Shown piece after piece: positions 57,591 through 64,000 of a stretch of 64,000 nt of DNA. Below the pieces are notes generated by a model. That model did no database searches, had not been told where the DNA came from, and saw only the letters and a program-made list of their open reading frames with translations. Source of the stretch: an uncultured delta proteobacterium (GTDB taxonomy: Bacteria; Desulfobacterota; Binatia; UBA9968); assembly GCA_963816145.1 (NCBI GenBank), contig CAWFJP010000005.1:1-64000 (forward strand), written 5' to 3'. The number at the start of each line of letters is the position of its first letter. Positions within the stretch are counted from its first letter, which is position 1. The translations under genes and the position numbers were made by a program.

Positions 57591-58574
57591 ATGCAAAAAA
57601 TTGTCAGTGCGATTGTCATATTTCTTAGCGGGCTAATTGTTGTCGCCGACGCTAGCGCCGCCAATGAACCAGTGCGGCTCAAGATTATTTACTCGTCATT
57701 TACCGGCGCGTACACGCCGCTCTGGCTGGCGGTGGAGGATAAGTTGGGGCGAAAGTACGGATTGGATTTCGAAGCGGTGTACGCCGGCCGGGCGCGGCCG
57801 CATCAGCTCTTGCTCAGCGGCGATGCCCAATATGTCGTCTCCACCGGCACCGGTGTGGTGTCGAGCTATGCCGTCGGCACCAAAGATCTGGTCATCATCG
57901 CGTCCTTTGTCAACGCCACCGGCTCGTCGATTTTCTCCAAGCCGCAGATCAAGACCGCCAAAGAGCTGCGCGGCAAGACCCTTGCGTCGGGCCGGCCGGG
58001 TGCGGTGTCGGATATTTTGCTGCACTACATTCTCAAGCGAAAAATCGGGCTGGAGCCTGGGCGCGACGTGAAGATCGTCAACGTCGGCGACACTCCGGCG
58101 ATCTTACCCGCGCTGGAGAAAGGCGTGGTCGACGGCGCGATGCTCACGACCCCTTCAAGACTGGTGGCGAAGAAAGCCGGTTTCCGGGAGCTGGTCGATT
58201 TCGACGATCTCGGCGTACAGTATCCTTACGTCGGTATCTCTACACTGAAAGTCAATGTCAAAAAGAGCCCCGATGTCGCTTTGCGCCTGGTACGCGCCCT
58301 GACCGATAGCGTGCAGATCTTCAAGACCAACCGCGAGCGCAGCATGGCGGTGATGAGGAAATATCTGCGCGGCGCCAGCGACGAGATGCTCGATGAAACC
58401 TACGGCTATTTCAGTGCGCGCATGCCGCGCTTTCCCTATCCATCGGTGGAAGCGATCAAGACGGCGTTGGAGATGATGGCCGATCAATTTCCCCAAGCGA
58501 CCAGCGTCGATCCGCAGGAAGTCGTCGACCTATCCTTCGTGAAGCAAGTCGAGAGTAGTAGCGCAGTAAAGTAG
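57591..58574 (+). CDS. ABC solute-binding protein, SsuA/NMT1-like
   Basis: Signal peptide, YTPLWLA, ELRGKTLASGRPG, PYPSVEAI, VDLSFVKQVE. Confidence 0.9.
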   Translation: MQKIVSAIVIFLSGLIVVADASAANEPVRLKIIYSSFTGAYTPLWLAVEDKLGRKYGLDFEAVYAGRARPHQLLLSGDAQYVVSTGTGVVSSYAVGTKDLVIIASFVNATGSSIFSKPQIKTAKELRGKTLASGRPGAVSDILLHYILKRKIGLEPGRDVKIVNVGDTPAILPALEKGVVDGAMLTTPSRLVAKKAGFRELVDFDDLGVQYPYVGISTLKVNVKKSPDVALRLVRALTDSVQIFKTNRERSMAVMRKYLRGASDEMLDETYGYFSARMPRFPYPSVEAIKTALEMMADQFPQATSVDPQEVVDLSFVKQVESSSAVK

Positions 58575-58582
58575 GAATTCCG

Positions 58583-58957
58583 ATGGCTGCAAGCTCGCTT
58601 GCCGCGATGATTCTCATCATTTGTCCATGGTTCGGCGGTTTTACGCCCGGGGCGCAGGCGGCGGAATCGGCGGCGCTCCGGGGAGCGGATCTAGTCATGG
58701 TGGCGGCGCTGAGCAACTATCTGAACCAGGTGCGCGCCGTGGCGCCGGACTACATCGCCGATGCCCTCGATCATTACAACCGCGACTTGAACGATCGGCC
58801 ATTCCCACGGGCTGAGGGCGTCAAAATTGCGCTGGAGCTGACCGCGCAGTAAACGCCTCTTGCCAAAGGTGTCGATGCCGAGCGGTTTATTGATATGTCG
58901 CTGTTGCCTGAGATAGAGCGCAGCTGCTTTTTCGCCAGTCTCAGCGGCGCGAAGTGA
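58583..58957 (+). pseudogene. Internally deleted SBP remnant with premature stop
   Basis: Signal peptide fused to an SBP C-terminus (PFPRAEGVKIALELTAQ*), continuing in frame TPLAKGVDAERFIDMSLLPEIERSCFF to TGA 58957. Confidence 0.7.
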
Positions 58958-58998
58958 TTTAACGTTGGTCCGAATTTGCAGTGGATTGACCCCGATTG

Positions 58999-59081
58999 TT
59001 CACCACGAAGGCGCGAAGGACACGAAGGGTTCGGAGAGCCAATTGGTCCGAGCTTCGCGTGCTTCGTGCCTTCGTGGTGAG
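58999..59081. repeat. Solo hairpin, family A, between convergent genes
   Basis: TTCACCACGAAGGCGCGAAGGACACGAAGGGTTCGGA...TCCGAGCTTCGCGTGCTTCGTGCCTTCGTGGTGAG. Confidence 0.92.
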
Positions 59082-59113
59082 AGAGCGTTTCAATAACAGG
59101 TGCTGCTCTTGGT

Positions 59114-60337
59114 TTACTTCCAGCCCGGTAGCAAGCCGCCTAAGAAGTCGAGATGGGCGATCAGGTAAATCAGCACGGAGACTATGCAGAGTAGCAGGTA
59201 AGCGATTTGAATCCATTCCGCCTTGGTCAGCGTTCTTGGCTGAAACACGCGCCGATGAAGTTGTGGCGCGAGCGCTAGCGCTTGCTGGCGCAGGGTCGGC
59301 ATCGCCAATAGATCTGCGACGATGTTGTAACCGTCCATTTCGAGAAAATTAAACGGGTAAAGATTGATTAGCGCGCCCTCCCAGAGCAGTACGCCGACAC
59401 CGAACAAGAGCGCTTGGCCGATACCAGGATTGGCCTGATAGGCGGCGAGAAAAGCCACGCTGCCCCAAAACAATTCGACCAACGGGCCGGCGAGATCGAC
59501 GATCACACGCGCCCGCCGCGTCGACATGAAAATATCGGTGACGTCGGCGTAAAACGTCGGCAGGACTCCTTGCAGGAGAAAAAATCCGATCTCGCGAACG
59601 CGCCGGTTGTGGGCTTTGCATGCCAGCGCGTGCACCGTGACGTGCATCATCGATACCGCCAAGAGCGACGCTAGCATGAACACCGCGCTGAGCCATGGCT
59701 TGGCGGAAAGCGTTTGTGTGAACTGCTTGGCTTGCTGACTCAAGTGTATCGCCGCAGACCCCGCCAGCAGCGCGAGGATGACGGTTAAGCCAAGCGTCAC
59801 CCGGTGAAATAAGACAAAGCCGCCGCAGCGATATAACGTCGTGCAAAGCCGGTCGGCATTAGGCACGGTGAAAGAAAGCTGGCGCCAGCATTTTGCTACG
59901 GTTGTGAATCCCATCGCCCAAAAATTTGCTCGACTGCGAGCGAGGCTTTGTTGTAGCGCCAGATTCTCCCGTTCGATCAGCAGACCGGCTTGGTACAGCT
60001 TCGCCAAGAGCTGGCGGATTATCGCGAAGTCGAAAGCGCCGAACTGAAGATAAAATGAGCGCGCGATCTCTTCGAGGGAATGACAGCCGTCGAACAATTC
60101 CCAAAGAAACGATTCCTGACTATCGATCAACAGGTAGCGGTCGCGCTGATGATTTTTCAGGATGAAGTTGCGCCTGCCGTCGGGACTTTGCGGCTGGGCA
60201 GTGATCTCCCAGATTTCGTTCGGCACCCGCTGCGGCCGGTAGCCGAGGTAAGCTTGGCTGCTCTCGATTTCGTGGATTTGAAATTCTGTTTCACCCGGCT
60301 TGCGGGTGAGCAGTTGGAGTTTTGCCGGCTCGGCCAT
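59114..60337 (-). CDS. M50/site-2-protease-like membrane protein with N-terminal PqqD/RRE-like region; HExxH degenerate (HVTVH)
   Basis: FLWELFDGCHSLEEI..LLAKLYQAGLL; MHVTVHALACK, FYADVTD, LAGP, NLYPFNFLEMDGY. Confidence 0.8.
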   Translation of the reverse strand: MAEPAKLQLLTRKPGETEFQIHEIESSQAYLGYRPQRVPNEIWEITAQPQSPDGRRNFILKNHQRDRYLLIDSQESFLWELFDGCHSLEEIARSFYLQFGAFDFAIIRQLLAKLYQAGLLIERENLALQQSLARSRANFWAMGFTTVAKCWRQLSFTVPNADRLCTTLYRCGGFVLFHRVTLGLTVILALLAGSAAIHLSQQAKQFTQTLSAKPWLSAVFMLASLLAVSMMHVTVHALACKAHNRRVREIGFFLLQGVLPTFYADVTDIFMSTRRARVIVDLAGPLVELFWGSVAFLAAYQANPGIGQALLFGVGVLLWEGALINLYPFNFLEMDGYNIVADLLAMPTLRQQALALAPQLHRRVFQPRTLTKAEWIQIAYLLLCIVSVLIYLIAHLDFLGGLLPGWK

Positions 60338-60345
60338 GGTGGCGC

Positions 60346-60861
60346 TCAGGTTGATTTGCGTCCGAACAGCGACTGTTTGCCGGAAGCATAACCGGTGGCT
60401 TCCAGTCCCCAGCGGACGGCGTCGCGGGTCTGCTCGTTGGTGACGCGCAGCCGCTCAATAAAAATCGTCACCAGCCGGTAGCAAATCTTCGCGGCCATTT
60501 CGGGATGATGCGAAAAAATATCGTGGAAAACGCCGCGGTCAAGTTGCCAGAGGAGCGAGTCGGTTTCGACGTTAGCGGTGGCCGAGCGCGGTGCGTTGTC
60601 GAACAGTCCCATCTCGCCAAAGAAGTCGCCTGGGGTAAACCGCGTCAGCACCATATCGACATCGCCGCTGACATGTTTGCTTACGACCACTGACCCTTGT
60701 TCGACGATATAGAGCGCATCGGAAACGTCCAACTCGCGAAAAATCACCGTGCCGGCGGTGAATTTCTTGGCGATTAGTAACGGCGCCAGAGTCGCTATGG
60801 AATCGGCTTCGAGATCCTGGAAAAGGACGACCTTGTTCAAAATGTCGGGTATGAGTGGCAT
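60346..60861 (-). CDS. Stand-alone cyclic nucleotide-binding domain protein
   Basis: LFQDL, GTVIFRE, LYIVEQG, PGDFFGEMGLFDNAPRSATA; no HTH. Confidence 0.92.
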   Translation of the reverse strand: MPLIPDILNKVVLFQDLEADSIATLAPLLIAKKFTAGTVIFRELDVSDALYIVEQGSVVVSKHVSGDVDMVLTRFTPGDFFGEMGLFDNAPRSATANVETDSLLWQLDRGVFHDIFSHHPEMAAKICYRLVTIFIERLRVTNEQTRDAVRWGLEATGYASGKQSLFGRKST

Positions 60862-61011
60862 ATACGCACGAGCTTATCCGCGGATGCTAGCGGGCTCGGC
60901 GCTAAAGCGCAAGTAAACCGTTCGACCCTATACGTTGCCGTTTTTGCGGCAGCGACTTTGATTGGCGCTGAAGATGGGAAACGGTCGATTAGGAAGGTAT
61001 TACCGGCGCCG

Positions 61012-61986
61012 CTAGGCCGCGGAGTCCATTTTTTTGAACGGCAGTTGTTCGTTACGGTCGTAGGCTTTGACCGGCACGGGTTTCAGATCCCAGATAATGC
61101 CGAACAAAGATAAGGTCTTGAGAATGTAGTAGGTAACGTCGATTTCCCACCAGTAAAAGCCTTGGCGGACGCAGCCCATGTGTTGATGGTGGTTGTTGTG
61201 CCAGCCTTCGCCGAGGGTGATCAGCGCCAGCCAAAAGTTGTTTCTGCTTTCATCACCGGTGTCGTAGCGCTTTTTACCGAATATGTGCGCGAGTGAATTG
61301 ATCGTAGCAGTGGCATGGAATAGCACCGTGGTGCTGATAACGAAACCCCAAACGAAGAGTTGCAGGCCGGTTACACCAAGGGATGGCGCCGCTCTTTCAA
61401 GGCCGAACCCGATGATGTAAAGCAACACCGCCATCGATAGCGGCACAGCCTTATCGAAGCGATTGAGCCAGACGAGCTCGGGAAAGCGGGCGAAATCTTG
61501 AATCCGAGCGTACTGGGTCGCATAGTAACGCCGGCACATGAACCAGCCGGCATGGGAGCGAAAAAAACCGTACTGTACGGGCGAATGGGGATCCTCAGGC
61601 GTGTCGGAATTGCGGTGATGTTCTCTATGATTGGCGGCCCACCAAAGCGGCCCGCGCTGGGTCGCCGAGGCGCCCAATAGCGCGAAAATAAACTGTGTTG
61701 GGCGCGAGGTTTTGTATGTGCGATGGGAAAAATAACGGTGATAGATACCGGTGATCGCGAACATGCGCACGAAATACAGCGCGCATGCGGTGGCTACCGC
61801 GGTCCAGCTCCAACCAACCAGGAAGACGCCGAGACAACCCAAGTTCATGACAATAAACGGCGTGGAGCGTACCCAGTCGATGCGGTCGATATTCTTGACC
61901 CTGCTCACTTCGCCGGTGGCATGAAAGTCAGCATTGAACCATTGGACCAATGAGGCGGTCGCAGTTCGAAGGAATGAGTGCTTCAT
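61012..61986 (-). CDS. Delta-9 acyl-CoA/lipid desaturase (OLE1-like)
   Basis: His boxes YHRYFSH, HREHH, GEGWHNNHH; DPHSP, NSLAH. Confidence 0.94.
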   Translation of the reverse strand: MKHSFLRTATASLVQWFNADFHATGEVSRVKNIDRIDWVRSTPFIVMNLGCLGVFLVGWSWTAVATACALYFVRMFAITGIYHRYFSHRTYKTSRPTQFIFALLGASATQRGPLWWAANHREHHRNSDTPEDPHSPVQYGFFRSHAGWFMCRRYYATQYARIQDFARFPELVWLNRFDKAVPLSMAVLLYIIGFGLERAAPSLGVTGLQLFVWGFVISTTVLFHATATINSLAHIFGKKRYDTGDESRNNFWLALITLGEGWHNNHHQHMGCVRQGFYWWEIDVTYYILKTLSLFGIIWDLKPVPVKAYDRNEQLPFKKMDSAA

Positions 61987-62135
61987 TAAACTCAAGAATA
62001 TACCATGAGGGAGGGGACGCTACAATAAAATTGGCAATTATTTACGTTTATTAAAGGCATGGGTGCGGCAATGCGCGCCACATCGTGCCTAAGAGCCGTA
62101 TAAAATTGGGCAATTAGCTTGCCGTTAGTTACAGG

Positions 62136-63221
62136 TCAAAGATGATACAGTCTCGCGGGGTTCTTGTTCAGGATCTTCTCGATGGTTTCGCTGCTCAGAT
62201 CACCGCGCTTAATCAAGCCCTGGGCCAATTGGTCTTGACGAAAAGCGTCGCCATGGGGAAAGTCGGTGGCGGTGATGATGAAGTCGTCGCCAAGCTTGCC
62301 AGCGACATAGGGCAGATCGTCGTCGATGGCGCAAGAAACGAATACCTGTTCGGCGAGCCAGCGGTCTATTTTGGCGCGGTTTTTTACTCCCAGCCCTTTG
62401 ACCAAACGGGGAGCCCATTCAATACCGGCTTCGAGAAAGCCAACTCGCAGTTTGGGGAAATCGTCGAGCAGGGTCGAGCTGAGGATCTGGGTGAAACCGT
62501 AGAGCACGTAGGGATTGCTGACGATACCGCGGCCGAGCGGGTGGATTTGTGGAAACTCATCGAAGTAAGGGCGTGGCACGCCTTCGAGCATGCGGCTGAT
62601 CGTCGGGCTCGAGCCGTTGCCGGTATGCACCGTCACCGGTAGATCCTGGCTCTCGGCTTCCTGGTAAATCGGCCAATGGTCCGGGTGGGTCAGCGGCCGG
62701 TCCCATTCCAAGCCGCGAGCAAAAATACCGGCGGCGCAGCCCAAAGCTTTGGCCCGACGAATTTCCTGGACAGCGAGATCGGGACGGCGCCAGGGCAGAA
62801 TGGCGACGTACCAGATGCGTCCGCCCGACTGCGCGCATTGGGTCGCCATGAATTGATTGTAACTGCGCGCCAGGGCGGCTTCGAGCTCGACATTTTCGGC
62901 GAGACAACCGAGCCACAAGGACGGGAAGACGACCTGGGTGTCAAGCCCCAATTTATCCATGCAGGCGGTGCGTTGTTTGACATCGCGCATCTCTTGCACC
63001 GGAATCGATGCGTCCTTGCCCTGGGCTCGTTTCATCAACGTGGGATTGGAGGCGAAGAAGCGCAGCTTGTAGTCGATCACCCAGGCGGCATTGTGGGTGC
63101 CGAAGCAGGTGTCTTCGGGAAAGACTACCGGGATCGGCCGGAGCAAGTAGAATTCCGGTTCGAGATATTGCCAAGTCTCGATGCTCTCTTCGACATGGGC
63201 ATCGCAGTCGATCACACGCAT
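62136..63221 (-). CDS. Amidohydrolase family protein (Amidohydro_2)
   Basis: IDCDAHVEE, SYNQF, FLEAGIEW, ATDFPHGD, NPARLY. Confidence 0.92.
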   Translation of the reverse strand: MRVIDCDAHVEESIETWQYLEPEFYLLRPIPVVFPEDTCFGTHNAAWVIDYKLRFFASNPTLMKRAQGKDASIPVQEMRDVKQRTACMDKLGLDTQVVFPSLWLGCLAENVELEAALARSYNQFMATQCAQSGGRIWYVAILPWRRPDLAVQEIRRAKALGCAAGIFARGLEWDRPLTHPDHWPIYQEAESQDLPVTVHTGNGSSPTISRMLEGVPRPYFDEFPQIHPLGRGIVSNPYVLYGFTQILSSTLLDDFPKLRVGFLEAGIEWAPRLVKGLGVKNRAKIDRWLAEQVFVSCAIDDDLPYVAGKLGDDFIITATDFPHGDAFRQDQLAQGLIKRGDLSSETIEKILNKNPARLYHL

Positions 63222-63464
63222 GTACCCCTCCAAGATTTATTGCGCAATCGCGCCAAACATTCGGGCTTCGGATCAAGCGGGAAAATAAATGACGTCCCGG
63301 CGTTTTCTATATGATCTTTTGGCCGGCACGGCAAGTAATTCAACGTTCTCGGGAACTTGTCGTGGCGCTTGGCAGTTATTGCCGGCAGGATTGTGCATAC
63401 GCCCTTGCGTCCGGCTGTGCTCGGGCTATGTTGGGCGTAGGAAGCCAGTTTCTTCGGAGGTGCC

Positions 63465-64000
63465 ATGCGGACTCTACAGATGCTAATTCGATTGGCTCTA
63501 GGTTGCGGCCTCGCGGCTCTGTTGCTCATCGCAGTGCCGACCCCTGGCAGCGCACAGACCGCCAAGGCGACGTTTGCCGGCGGTTGCTTCTGGTGCATGG
63601 AGCCGCCGTTCGATGAACTCGACGGCGTGATCTCGACGACCTCGGGCTACATCGGCGGCAAAACCAAGAACCCGACCTACGAGCAAGTCAGCAGCGGTAC
63701 CACCGGACATGCCGAAGCCTTGCAAGTCGTTTACGATCCCAAGAAGATCACTTACGAGAAATTGTTAGAAGTTTACTGGCGCAACATCGATCCGTTCGCG
63801 GCCGATGGCCAGTTCTGCGATCTCGGCAACCAGTACCGCTCGGCGATTTTTTATCACGACGCCAATCAAAAAAGCGCCGCCGAGAAGTCAAAGAAGGCGA
63901 TTCAAGCCCGTTTCAAACAACCGGTATTGACGGAAATTACCGCCGCCGCGGTCTTCTATCCCGCCGAGGAATATCACCAGGATTACTACAAGAAAAATCC
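63465..64000 (+). CDS. msrA: Peptide-methionine (S)-S-oxide reductase MsrA with signal peptide, runs off window end
   Basis: Manual translation: MRTLQMLIRLALGCGLAALLLIAVPTPGSAQTAKATFAGGCFWCMEPPFD...NPTYEQV..GHAE..GQFCD.G.QYRS..AEEYHQDYY; GGAGG RBS. Confidence 0.95.
   Translation, partial: MRTLQMLIRLALGCGLAALLLIAVPTPGSAQTAKATFAGGCFWCMEPPFDELDGVISTTSGYIGGKTKNPTYEQVSSGTTGHAEALQVVYDPKKITYEKLLEVYWRNIDPFAADGQFCDLGNQYRSAIFYHDANQKSAAEKSKKAIQARFKQPVLTEITAAAVFYPAEEYHQDYYKKN

Overview
GC-rich bacterial chromosomal region; no rRNA, complete tRNA, CRISPR array or prophage was seen. The gene content (8 Amidohydro_2-type amidohydrolases, about 12 mostly orphan periplasmic solute-binding proteins, TctC, GSTs, aromatic-catabolism-type enzymes) resembles soil/sediment Deltaproteobacteria-like lineages such as Candidatus Binatia; this assignment is an inference. 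It also holds an STAS/anti-sigma/MBL/CHASE2-PP2C partner-switching operon facing FecR/OmpA genes, an Fe3+-type ABC transporter, an ExeA-like ATPase, a cNMP-binding protein paired with a degenerate M50 protease, and msrA. The strongest non-routine signal is a set of at least five dispersed palindromic-repeat families. One is an ~85-100 bp hairpin built from 9-nt units: it brackets a low-GC GxxExxY (PD-(D/E)XK) nuclease gene as direct repeats (24332-24984) and also occurs as at least 5 solo and 1-2 half copies, suggesting a REP/RAYT-like mobile system run by a different enzyme. A true RAYT with GTAG REPs is also present, and three repeat families lie in frame within the signal-peptide regions of SBP genes. 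Frameshifts are confined to about 19.9-22.8 kb and 46.1-49.0 kb (probably assembly error). All calls come from motif recognition by eye; no database searches were run.
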